Below are positions 1-9,600 of a stretch of DNA of 55,005 bases, in pieces (position 1 is the first letter of the stretch; the number at the start of each line of letters is the position of its first letter). A program made the translations under genes and the position numbers. Source of the DNA: Candidatus Fraserbacteria bacterium (GTDB lineage: Bacteria; Bipolaricaulota; Bipolaricaulia; RBG-16-55-9; DRXL01). The notes beneath the pieces were generated by a model. That model searched no databases, had not been told where the DNA came from, and saw only the letters and a program-made list of their open reading frames with translations. The stretch lies in contig CAMTVK010000014.1 of assembly GCA_947085185.1 (NCBI GenBank), positions 1 to 55,005 of the forward strand, read 5' to 3'.

Positions 1-101
1 GGTCTGTCCGTCAAGAATTGACCGACGACCAGAGCGCCAAAGGTAACATGGCCCAGGTCAATAGACTTCTCGGCGAAGACCTCACGCTGTTTCGGATTCA
101 T
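1..101 (-). CDS. Small hydrophobic hypothetical protein, running off the window edge
   Basis: ATG at 101 preceded by GGGAG and TATACT; reads MNPKQREVFAEKSIDLGHVTFGALVVGQFLTDR, open to the edge. Confidence 0.55.
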   Translation of the reverse strand, partial: MNPKQREVFAEKSIDLGHVTFGALVVGQFLTDR

Positions 102-138
102 CGCTCCCTAGTATAGCACACGCGTAACAGCCAAGCTA

Positions 139-222
139 GAACCACGGAGCACACGGAATCAGCCACGGAAAGCACGGAAGCGCTGTTCTTCCGTGCCCTC
201 CGTGGGACACTTCCGTGCCGTG
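139..222. repeat. CACGGA/TCCGTG multi-unit palindromic repeat, copy 1
   Basis: Four CACGGA units then four (T)CCGTG units; 139-178 matches the reverse complement of 13691-13730 at 35/40 nt. Confidence 0.8.
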
Positions 223-232
223 ATGCAAACCA

Positions 233-270
233 CCCTCTCCCTTGAAAGGGAGAGGGCCGGGGTGAGGGTG
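233..270. repeat. REP-like hairpin CCCTCTCCC..GGGAGAGGG..GGTGAG
   Basis: ccctctccct-tgaa-agggagaggg stem followed by ggggtgaggg; related element at 1415-1467. Confidence 0.6.
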
Positions 271-310
271 AAAAAACAACCGCCCCCGCGGGAGTCTTCC
301 CACGGGGGCG
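270..310 (-). terminator. Intrinsic terminator after the RTX-repeat gene
   Basis: GC-rich stem cgcccccgcggga/tcccacgggggcg followed by a T-tract on the minus strand. Confidence 0.7.
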
Positions 311-342
311 CCCAAGTCCGTCATTAAGCCAAATACAAACTA

Positions 343-1332
343 CTAATTGACCTGCTCGCAGTTTACTGTGGTGATCCCAGTATTGCCGTTAAGGTTGACC
401 GTGTCATTCCCTGGGCCACAGTCAATGATGTCAGCACCGGCGTTGTTGTCGCCGTTATTGTCAACATTGATCTCGTCATCCCCCGGCCCGGCGAAGACCC
501 GGTCACTAACATCACTTTGGGCGTTCAAATTGATGGTGTCATCGCCAGCATCGCCGTAGATGATGTCGCTGCCCTCGCCGTCGGCGATGATGTCATCGCC
601 CGTGCCGCCACGGATCGTGTCATTGCCATCACCGCCGTCGATGTTGTCATCGCCAATACTGCCGAAGATGACGTCATTGCCCGCGCCGCCACGGATCGTG
701 TCATTGCCCGTGCCGCCGTTGATCCAATCATTGCCATCGCCACCGCAGATCGGGTTATCATCGCCTGGGCCACCATCAATGAAGTCGTTGCCCGCTTCTT
801 CGCCAGCTTCGCAGTTTCCGTCATTATTGTCGTTGCCGATGATGTCATTGCCATCGCCGCCGCTGAGGGTGTCGTTGCCGGCGCCACCGCCGACCTCGTC
901 ATCCCCAGCGCCGCCGGAAACACGGTCATTGCCCGCGCCGCCGCGTAGGTCCATGACATCAGCTGTATTATCAGCATTATCACTGTCAGCGCCGCCGTCG
1001 ATGGTGTCATTGCCATCGCCGCCGTCGATGTCGTCTTGGCCAGCTTCCCCAAAGAGCCGATCGTGGCCCAGACAGCCATAAATTTCGTCATCGCCCGCGC
1101 CGCCACGGATCAAATCATTGCCCCCGCTGGTGGTGGCACAAGAACCACCGGATTCATCACCAATAATAGTGTCGTCGCCACCAAAGCCGTTGATGACATC
1201 GTTCCCTGTGGTGCCATTCAATGTGTCGTTGCCACTAGTGCCGTTGATGACGGCGGCATAGACAAAGAAGAAGACCCCCACTATAGCCATGAGCCCAAGG
1301 CTCACCAGCCCGATGATGCGCTTATTTCCCAT
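343..1332 (-). CDS. Exported Ca-binding protein made of hemolysin-type (RTX) GGxGxD nonapeptide repeats
   Basis: AAGGAGG RBS; N-terminal signal/anchor; many GGxGND repeats; C-terminal DCGPGND..NCE. Confidence 0.9.
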   Translation of the reverse strand: MGNKRIIGLVSLGLMAIVGVFFFVYAAVINGTSGNDTLNGTTGNDVINGFGGDDTIIGDESGGSCATTSGGNDLIRGGAGDDEIYGCLGHDRLFGEAGQDDIDGGDGNDTIDGGADSDNADNTADVMDLRGGAGNDRVSGGAGDDEVGGGAGNDTLSGGDGNDIIGNDNNDGNCEAGEEAGNDFIDGGPGDDNPICGGDGNDWINGGTGNDTIRGGAGNDVIFGSIGDDNIDGGDGNDTIRGGTGDDIIADGEGSDIIYGDAGDDTINLNAQSDVSDRVFAGPGDDEINVDNNGDNNAGADIIDCGPGNDTVNLNGNTGITTVNCEQVN

Positions 1333-1367
1333 TACTTCTGCCTCCTTTTCTGTTGAAGATGTCCCGA

Positions 1368-1396
1368 ATTATACAATCCATCTTGCCCAAAGTCAA
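1368..1396 (-). promoter_or_regulatory. Sigma70-type promoter for the RTX gene
   Basis: TTGACT-17 nt-TATAAT on the minus strand. Confidence 0.75.
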
Positions 1397-1414
1397 GTGG
1401 CGCTTGTTACATTT

Positions 1415-1467
1415 TCTCACCCACAAAACCCCCTCCCCCATGTAGGGAGAGGGGGTCTTGGGTGAGA
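1415..1467. terminator. Long REP-like hairpin / terminator after the beta-helix gene
   Basis: Imperfect inverted repeat tctcaccca..ccccctcccc / gggagaggggg..tgggtgaga just past the stop codon. Confidence 0.65.
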
Positions 1468-1473
1468 TTCCGT

Positions 1474-4400
1474 TTACCGTAACACCACGAGCTTGCTGAT
1501 CTTGCTTGTGATCGTCTGGCCGTCGGCACCCTGCACCGTCACTACGTACAGATAGACGCCGTTGGCCAGCTCCGCAGCGGCCGAGAACGGCACGACGTTG
1601 CCCTGAGCGGTCTCGTTGAAGACGAGCTTGCCGCTCATGGAGAAGACGCGCACCGTCGTCTGGGCGATCCCGACGCCCTCGACTACAAAGTACGCGCCGG
1701 AGCTGCGCACCGGGCTCTGCGAGAGCGTGATCGCCTTCACGGCCAACGCCACCGGCGCACCCAGCACCTCGATAGTGATGGGCTGCAGCTCGGCCTCGAT
1801 GCCCGGGACGGCAGCCTTGACCCGCCCGGCGATCGTGTAGACGCCCGGGCCGGCCGTGGCCGGAACGGTCACCTGATAGCTGAGCGTGACCGTGCCCTTG
1901 GCGTTGAGCCACAGCCACTTGTTCTCCGAGGCCTTGTAGTACGCGCCGCTCATCTGGACGGGCTTGGCCGACCAGCCCATCGGCAGCGCCTGGCTGAGCA
2001 AGAGCCCGCTGACGCCGTCCTTGGCGTCCACCGTCACGGTCACGGTGAAGGACTCACCGGGGCGGACGGTGCGCACGCTCGAGGCGAGCGTGGCGAACGC
2101 GGGCGCCGCGCTCAAAGCAGCGCTCTGCGCCGTGAACTTGCCACCGAGCGGCACGGTGAGCTGGCTGCCCTTCACCCACAGGTCGATCAGCTGGATGATC
2201 TGGGCATCGCTGATCTTCATAGCGGGGCTGCAGCCGGGGACATCGCCGTTCTTGACCCACAGGTCAATCGCGGTGATGATCTCGCCGTCGTCCAGAACTT
2301 TGTTCTTGTTGGTGTCCAGGGCGAACGGCAGGCATGTTGCCGGACCGGCCACGTTCACCGTGAGGTTCCTGGTGCTGCCGGAGGGCTGCGCCGTGACCGT
2401 CACGGTGTAGGTGCCGGAGGTCTGGAAGATGAAGCTGAAGACCTCTTCGCGGCTGCCCGCGGGGTTGACCGTGATCTGGCGGCTGGACTGGTTGACCACG
2501 TTGCCCAGGCCGTCCTTGATCACGACGATCACTTCTTGGGTGCCCTCTTCGGTGCCGTTGTTCTTGATAGAGTACCGGAACGTCACGGGGTCGCCCACGT
2601 TGACGTCGGTCTTGTCCGCGGTCAGGTTCTCCACGACGAAGTCGGTCTCGGTTGGGACCTTCGGCTCGCCGGAGAACGGCCGATACTTGACCTTCTGGCT
2701 GACGCGGTCGCCGATGCCGCCCGGATTGTCAGCGGCTTTGGGGCCGCTTGGCTCGCCCCACCAGTTGTTGGTGGCGTCGAACTCCTCGCCCGGAGCGAGC
2801 GCCGACGCATCAACGCCGAACTGCTCGTTGCGGGCGATGTTGTTGTCGTTGGCCTTGGAGCCCGCGGCCTTGTGCACCAAGATACCCACGGCGTTGTTGC
2901 GGATGTCGTTGCCGGAGATCGTGGTGTTAGAGGCCTTGAGCTGGATGCCAACGCCCGCGCCGTTCTTGCCTACGATCTTGTTGTCGGTCACCGACAGGTC
3001 GCTGCCGCGCTGCACGGCCTCGATGTAGACGCCGATGCCGTTGCCGGAGAGCTTGTTCTTGGTCACCGTGCCCTTGATCAGGTCGCGACCGGCGAAGAGC
3101 GAGACGCCCTCCTTGATATTGTCATTAGCTGTGTTGTTCTCGACCGTGATGCCTTGAGCGATCTGCCGTCCCGCCGCACCGACGCGGATACCAGCGTAGT
3201 TGCTGTTCGCTTGGTTCGAGCGGACGACGATGTTGCTCAGGTCCTCGTTGGCGTTCACTTGGACGCCGTCGCCCACGGTGTCGCGGTTGCGGTCGTTCCC
3301 GGAGAACTCGCTGTTCTTGATCGTGACGTTGCTGACGTTGCGGTTCCCGGTGACCTGGACGCCGTGGTCGTTGTTGGTGTTGGCTTTGGTCGGGTCAACG
3401 GTCACGTTGCGGACGGAGTCACCGGCAACCAAGATGCCCGAGCCGCGCCCGATTGCGCCACGCGTGCCGTTGAAGCTGAACGTGTTGTCCTTGACCTGGA
3501 TGTTATCAATATCCCCGGCCGTGACGGCCGCAGCTTCAGGCTTAGGGCCAGCGCTGGCGTCGGACTCCAGCCGCAGGCCGAAGGTGCCGTTGCCGTTTGC
3601 GATCGTGTTCGTGACCGTGATCATGCTGATGTCGCCGTTATCGGTGATCAGCCCGATCCCGTCGCCGTTGTCCCCAACGTCATAGTCATTGGCGAGGGCG
3701 AACCCGATCCCGGGCGCACCTTGGCTCTCCAGCGAGATGACGTTTGTGAAGGTGACCTCGCGGATGTCACCGGAGCGGTTGGCAGCTACATCCGTATCGG
3801 TTTCGAGGCGGAAGCCGCCGAGGAAGTTCCGGGTGGCCGTCTCGCTCTCGAACTTGATCCGGCCGATCTCCGCCCGCTCCACTCGCATGAAGACCCCGAA
3901 GCCGAGGCCGGAGCTACCGGCAGTCGACTCCGTTAAGGCTAGACCAGCGTTGTTCCCGCCGTTCTCGCGGTAGTCGTTCCCGCTGAAGGCGATGTCTTCG
4001 ATGCGGAAGCCGTTGGTGGCAGCGTCGCCGGTGATCGTATTATCGTGATAGACGCCGAAGCCGTCGCCATACGGCGCTTCAGCAACGCTGTTGATGTAGT
4101 CGCCCACACCGTTGTTGTGGAACTTGTTGTTGGTGACGGTGGAGCGGCTGAAGTCGCCGCGGTTGGCGATGCAGACGCCGTTGTTGAAGTTCTGGCGGAA
4201 GTCGTTGCCGTCCAGAGTCAGGTTCTCGATCCGCCCGCCGACCTCCATGCCCAGGCCGTTCCCGTGGCGGCAGGTATCAAGCCGGCCGTTACCATCAAGG
4301 TCGGCGGCAGCAGCGGGCGGGAAGGTGCCGTCCCAGCCGCGGTTGCTGTTGATCGCGTTGTTGACGATCTTCATCTCGCGGACTTCGCTCACCCGACCCG

Positions 4401-5511
4401 TGATGTAAATGCCGTTACCCTCAGCACCACCCGCAACCACAGCCGGGCCGTTGTGGGTGATCCCTTGATCAATAGTAACGCCGCGGTTGTTGCTGATCGT
4501 CACGTTCTCGCCCAATCGCCCGGCATAGTCGAACTTGATGCCGTTCTGGGTGTTGAACTGGATCAGGTTCCGATCGATCAGCGCGTCGCGGATCTCGGTT
4601 AGAGTATTGCCGGACAAGAGGTCATTGTTGAACAGGATGCCATCTCCGAATCCTGCCGCGGTTGTTCCAGCACGATAGATTTCGTTGTTGAGGATCGCGA
4701 GCTGCTCGATCGAGGTGTTGTTGTAGAAGTGGATGTTAGCAAAAGTGCCAGGAGCTACCCTAGGAGCCGCCCCAACTATGGGCGCACCATTACCATTGTC
4801 ATCGAAGAGGTTGCCGTCAATGACGACATTGCGATCCTGTCCACGCCGCCCGATCGCGCCGACGGTGTTGTCGAACGCCAGTCCGTCTCCGCCGTTATTG
4901 CGGATCTCATTCTTCAAGATGCGGATGGTGTCGATCGAGGTAACAACGCCATAGGTGAACAGGATGCCCTCGTTCACGTTCTGACGGAGCGTGTTGTTCT
5001 GGATCGTGATGTTCTCGACCGCTGCAGCGCCACCGGCGGCGACCACAACGCAGGTCGCGTTGGCCGGATCGGTGACGCAGATGCCTACACCACCACCAGG
5101 CGCAGGATTCGTGATCGTGAACCCCTGGTCCTTTGCAGGCCCACCGACGGTGACCCCGCGGTTGACGATGTTAACGAGGCCGCCAGCATAACCACCGGTG
5201 AACGTAATGATCGTGGCAGTCGCGCCGTTCGTGGACCGCAACGTCAGGTTCTCAATTACGATATCTGCCGGGGCACCGGGTATGGATAGATCATAAGTCC
5301 CGGGGAAGACGACGCAGGTATCGCCGGCCGCGGCGACCTTGCCTGCATCCGGCCCGGCTGCCAGTGCTACACCCGTAACGCAGTTCACCAGGTCAGCAGC
5401 GGTCGTGACCCGCAACTCCTTGGCGAACGCGTCCACAGCCGTTCCGATCAGAATAAACGCCAATACAGCGATGATAACCGTCCGCAAGTTCGGAGCCTTG
5501 CTCAACTTCAA
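1474..5511 (-). CDS. Large secreted protein: parallel beta-helix repeats, CARDB-like Ig domain, dockerin-like module, Ig/cohesin-like domain, T9SS type-A-like CTD
   Basis: AAGGAGG 6 nt before TTG 5511 (ATG 5580 is an alternative); signal peptide ending AFA; N/G-rich PbH1-like repeats; NNWWG motif; ends LANGVYLYVV..SKLVVLR. Confidence 0.85.
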   Translation of the reverse strand: MKLSKAPNLRTVIIAVLAFILIGTAVDAFAKELRVTTAADLVNCVTGVALAAGPDAGKVAAAGDTCVVFPGTYDLSIPGAPADIVIENLTLRSTNGATATIITFTGGYAGGLVNIVNRGVTVGGPAKDQGFTITNPAPGGGVGICVTDPANATCVVVAAGGAAAVENITIQNNTLRQNVNEGILFTYGVVTSIDTIRILKNEIRNNGGDGLAFDNTVGAIGRRGQDRNVVIDGNLFDDNGNGAPIVGAAPRVAPGTFANIHFYNNTSIEQLAILNNEIYRAGTTAAGFGDGILFNNDLLSGNTLTEIRDALIDRNLIQFNTQNGIKFDYAGRLGENVTISNNRGVTIDQGITHNGPAVVAGGAEGNGIYITGRVSEVREMKIVNNAINSNRGWDGTFPPAAAADLDGNGRLDTCRHGNGLGMEVGGRIENLTLDGNDFRQNFNNGVCIANRGDFSRSTVTNNKFHNNGVGDYINSVAEAPYGDGFGVYHDNTITGDAATNGFRIEDIAFSGNDYRENGGNNAGLALTESTAGSSGLGFGVFMRVERAEIGRIKFESETATRNFLGGFRLETDTDVAANRSGDIREVTFTNVISLESQGAPGIGFALANDYDVGDNGDGIGLITDNGDISMITVTNTIANGNGTFGLRLESDASAGPKPEAAAVTAGDIDNIQVKDNTFSFNGTRGAIGRGSGILVAGDSVRNVTVDPTKANTNNDHGVQVTGNRNVSNVTIKNSEFSGNDRNRDTVGDGVQVNANEDLSNIVVRSNQANSNYAGIRVGAAGRQIAQGITVENNTANDNIKEGVSLFAGRDLIKGTVTKNKLSGNGIGVYIEAVQRGSDLSVTDNKIVGKNGAGVGIQLKASNTTISGNDIRNNAVGILVHKAAGSKANDNNIARNEQFGVDASALAPGEEFDATNNWWGEPSGPKAADNPGGIGDRVSQKVKYRPFSGEPKVPTETDFVVENLTADKTDVNVGDPVTFRYSIKNNGTEEGTQEVIVVIKDGLGNVVNQSSRQITVNPAGSREEVFSFIFQTSGTYTVTVTAQPSGSTRNLTVNVAGPATCLPFALDTNKNKVLDDGEIITAIDLWVKNGDVPGCSPAMKISDAQIIQLIDLWVKGSQLTVPLGGKFTAQSAALSAAPAFATLASSVRTVRPGESFTVTVTVDAKDGVSGLLLSQALPMGWSAKPVQMSGAYYKASENKWLWLNAKGTVTLSYQVTVPATAGPGVYTIAGRVKAAVPGIEAELQPITIEVLGAPVALAVKAITLSQSPVRSSGAYFVVEGVGIAQTTVRVFSMSGKLVFNETAQGNVVPFSAAAELANGVYLYVVTVQGADGQTITSKISKLVVLR

Positions 5512-5595
5512 TTCGTACCTCCTTCTCTCTTTGGTGTCGAGTTGCTTTGCCGATAATGATGGAAACATGGCCGTTAACATGGTCTCGTACCCCTC

Positions 5596-6525
5596 TTACT
5601 GTGCGCCACCGAAGCTGAACGAAGCCGAGAGCACGATGGTGTCACTGGCACCCTCGCCCACGATCATGTTGTTCTGCAGCCACGCAAAGTCTACACCGAG
5701 CGTGCCCAATGCCAAGCCGGCACCCACGGTGAGCGCGAACTGCTCGCTGCCCGCAGGACGCACCGCCCCGGCGCGCACCGCCAAGGGCCCAATGCCCCGA
5801 AACTCCGCACCGGCACGGATCGCCATCTCCCCGCCGGCATAGAGGTCCACGCCCGCCGCCAACGTAAAGTCCGGCGAGAGCGCAAACCCAAACCCCACAC
5901 GGAAGAGCTGGTCTACTACCCCGACCGAGCCGGTGGACCACGTTACTCTGGTGCCGCCGATATCGTAGGCCGCTGCACCGATGCTCAGCCCGGGGATCAG
6001 CCCGTCAATGAGCAGCCCGCCGTCAAACCCAAACCCGGTAGCGGTCTCGTCCAGCAGCGTCTGGCTGTAGTACTTGCCGGCGCCACCGACGACGACGCTC
6101 AGGCCGTTGAGCGGCACAGGGAACGCCCCGCAGAGCGCCCCAAGCAGCTCGGTGTTGCTGCCCATCGTCCCGTCAGCAAGCGGGATGTCCGTGATTGAGA
6201 CCAACGAGACGCTCAAGCCCCAGGGCATCCCAAAGAGGGTCCAGGTCGCCCCGGCGAAGCTGTAGTTGATCCCCGCTCCAAAGAGATTCGTGTTCATGCC
6301 GCCGACTTTGATGGACTGATCGGCAGCGGCCTTGGCGACGCCCGCGGCGTTCCAATAGCAACTGGAGTATCCGTCGGCCACGCCGACGAACGCTCCGCCC
6401 ATGGCGAGCGCGCGTGCGTCCACGCCGTTCTTGAAGACTGGGTTGGCTCCCGTCGGCTCTTGGGCCACAGCCGTCAGGCCGGCTAAGAGCACAAGCGCCA
6501 ACGCCAGGATCGCAGTTCGGTTCAT
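5596..6525 (-). CDS. PorV/FadL-superfamily outer-membrane beta-barrel protein
   Basis: AAGGAGG RBS; signal peptide; N-terminal motif GVDARALAMGGAFVGVAD..YWNAAG; amphipathic strands; terminal strand LSASFSF. Confidence 0.8.
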   Translation of the reverse strand: MNRTAILALALVLLAGLTAVAQEPTGANPVFKNGVDARALAMGGAFVGVADGYSSCYWNAAGVAKAAADQSIKVGGMNTNLFGAGINYSFAGATWTLFGMPWGLSVSLVSITDIPLADGTMGSNTELLGALCGAFPVPLNGLSVVVGGAGKYYSQTLLDETATGFGFDGGLLIDGLIPGLSIGAAAYDIGGTRVTWSTGSVGVVDQLFRVGFGFALSPDFTLAAGVDLYAGGEMAIRAGAEFRGIGPLAVRAGAVRPAGSEQFALTVGAGLALGTLGVDFAWLQNNMIVGEGASDTIVLSASFSFGGAQ

Positions 6526-6574
6526 CGTTTGCTTAACCTCCTTATACATTCGTAGTTCTCCCATTAGGGTCTCC

Positions 6575-6602
6575 GCTGGGGCGAGGCGGTCCCCGCCCCA
6601 GC
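6575..6602. terminator. Intergenic GC hairpin (partial terminator or mRNA stabiliser)
   Basis: gctggggcg/cgccccagc 9-bp stem without a U-tract, just after the stop at 6615. Confidence 0.55.
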
Positions 6603-6614
6603 AGATGTGATGCT

Positions 6615-9600
6615 TTAGCGCAAGACCACGAGCTTCATGACCTTGCTCGTCTTGGTCTGCTGGCCCTTGCCCGTTGCCGTGATCATGAACAGATAGACGC
6701 CGTTGCTCACGTCCGAGACGGCCCACTCCAGCGACGCTCCGGCCCTGCTGCCATTAAACACGAGCTGGCCGGACAAGCTGTAGACGCTCACCGAGGTGCG
6801 CTCGATCCCTGAGCCCACCACCTGGAAGGTGACCTTCGTGGTAGCGGGGATTGGGGTCGCTTTGAACTCGCGCACCTCGAACCTGGCCGAGAAGAGCGAG
6901 GCGGTCGCTGGATCTGCGCCGGCGTACTCGGCCTTGAGGGTGTCGCCGTCTTGGGCCTCGATCGTGGCACCGCTGCCGGGCTCGCCCGTGGCGATGGCAT
7001 CGCTGCGGAAGACGCCCGCCTGTGCCGTCTGCCTCACGGTGACTTTGATGGTCTTGACGACCCGGCCCTCGCGCAGCTGGGTCAGCGTGACCGCGTCGAT
7101 GAGCGTGCCGCTGCGATTGGGATCGGTCACTTCTATGAAGAAGGTCTTGCCGATCTCGATCAGGGCGGGGTCGAACCGGACCGTCGGTCTGACCGGCGCT
7201 ACCGGCGGCTCAAAGAGCGGGATGATCCCGATGGACGTGGCCGCGTAGTCTTGAGGGTTATCGGCGGACTGGAAGTGCGCCTCGATGTTGTCGCGATCTT
7301 GCATCTGCAAGATGCCGTCGCCCTTCTTTATCTCATCGGGCAGGCCACGGCGCAGCGGCAACCCCTGCTGGTTCGCAAACAGCCCGGTATTGGGGCCGGT
7401 CTCCTGCAGAGTGACACACTCCTTGTCGCCGGTGTGGCGGTCGAGCACGATCACCGGGACCTGCTCCACTAAATCGGAGCTGAAGTTGAGCGTGGGGTCT
7501 TCTAATTGGACGAAGACGTCCATGCCCACCTTGTACTCGCTGATGGGCCGGCCGGCGTCGTCGACAAAGCGCAGCTTCTTATCGAACTGATCGAACGCAT
7601 AGGGCTTGATCGTCGCGGTGATCGCGATGACGTCGAAGGCGTCGAGGGCGCGCTTGATCTCGTCAATGCTCTCGATCTGGGCGACGTCATCGTCGAAGTA
7701 TGTCGCATAGATGACGTCGTCGCGTGCGACCGCGAGCTTGCCGTCGTTCTGCTCGTCCACCGTTGGGGTGAAGATGACCTCCGGGCCCTTGCCGAAGACC
7801 GTTAAGTCATCGGGGGTGGGGCAGGAGGCGACGGCCTTGGGGACGATCCTCAGCGGGCCGGGGTTTCTGAAGACGCCGGTGTTGACGCCCGTCTCGGTGA
7901 GGACTTCGAGTTCTTGGCCGCCGTTGACGTCGAAGATCATGACCACGACGCGCTCGACTCTATCGGAGTCGGCATTCTGGTCGCGGTCCTCGACTTGGAC
8001 GAAGACGTCCTCGCCGATCCTCAGCTCCGTCTTCTCGCGTCCCGTCGCATCGGTGAAGGAGATGCGGGCCGGGTTGCGATGGGCGACCTTGACCTGAGCG
8101 ACTGCGAAGTCATGGGGATCGTTGATGTCGCCCATGCCGAGCATCGCTGCGGGGACGGCCCCCACGGTGAAGCTCGAGCTGACGGTCACCGGGGCCTGAG
8201 CGCCCGCGGCCGTCACGGGAGTGACCGTGCCGGTGATGGTCACGGGCCCCTCAGGACAGGTGAGCTTATAGGTATGCTCGAAGGACTGCCCCGGGTTGAG
8301 CGGGCTGATCGTGCCCGCTTTGGAGACGGTCCCGCCCACGAGCGTGCAGCCATCAACGTTATCGTTGACGAGCAAGGCGCGCAGCGCTTGCTTGGCCGTG
8401 ACTTTCACCTTGACGGTGAACTCTTTGTTGGCAGCGATGACATCGGGGATGTCGCGGCTGACCGTCACCAACGGCGATTCGACGGTGGTGACTTTCAGCT
8501 CGGCGAACGCGCTCGCTCCCGAAGCAGCAGCAACTTCAATGTTCGATGTCCACGTGACGGTATCGGCCACGCCTGCTGCGGTAGCTGGGGTCGCCGAACC
8601 GGTGATGGCGAACCTTCCGGGAGCGGCTCCCGCGCGCACTCTGTACTTGATCTCGAACTTCTGGCCTGGGGCCAGCGGGCTGATCGTGCCGCCGCGGGTG
8701 TCACCGGTGACGGTGAACGCCGGATCGGGCCGATCGCTGATGATCAGTGCCGTCAGCGGCTGCTTGGCCGTACACCGCACGGTGATCTCGCTCTCTTGTC
8801 CGGGGTTCAGGCGCACCGGCACGACGCGCTCACAGCGGATCAGCGCGCTCTCGCCGACGTCGGTGCGGGTGCCTGTTGGTGGTGGTATTGTTACTGGAAC
8901 GAAGCCCGCCGGCACCTGATAGAACGCCAGGATCGTATCTTTATCGAGAGCTTCGAACTCGGTGGCGCCCAGAGAGCGTCCCTTGTTCTTGGGGTCCACG
9001 AGGACGATACCGTCTACATTTCTGAAGACGCCCGTGTCCGGGCCGGTCTCCACGAGCGTCAGCTCCAAGCTCTGCTTGGTGCGCGCGTTGACCAAGGTGG
9101 CCTTGACCGTCTCGATAGTGGTAGGGCTGGTGTTCTCATCCGCGTCGGTGACCGTGACGAAGATCGTGCGGCCGATATTCGTCACGCTGATCGGATTCCC
9201 ACCAGCATCGGTAATAGAGATGATAGCGCGAGCGCGAGTGCCCGGCGTGGTGCCGGTATAAATCTTGCCCAGATAAATGCTGATGTCGTTGGGGTTGGTG
9301 GGGTCTTGATAGCGCACGAAGATCGTGTCGGTGTCGAAGACTTGCAGCTGGAGGTCTCCGGCGTTGACGGGCTGACCGAGCATCGCCTTGGTGATGAGAA
9401 TGCCGGTCTGGCTCCGGAAGACCCCAGTGTTTGTGCCCGTCTCTTGCAAGACCAACCCGCTCATGCTGCTGACGTGATCCCCGCTGACCATTCCCGGGTA
9501 GTCCGGGCACGGCCCGGCACAGACTTGCACCACGGGGACCTCGTCCCCCAACTGGGTCACTAAGCTGCCTTGGAGGAACTCGACCTCGTCCGAATCACGG

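Noticed and set aside
139..222. Possible CRISPR array from short repeats
   Set aside because: Units are 6-9 nt, arranged as a palindrome, with no unique spacers; no cas genes.
2411..9563. Long plus-strand ORFs (466 aa, 549 aa and others) opposite the surface genes
   Set aside because: Antisense shadows of GC-rich, strongly biased coding sequence; no RBS or recognisable motifs.
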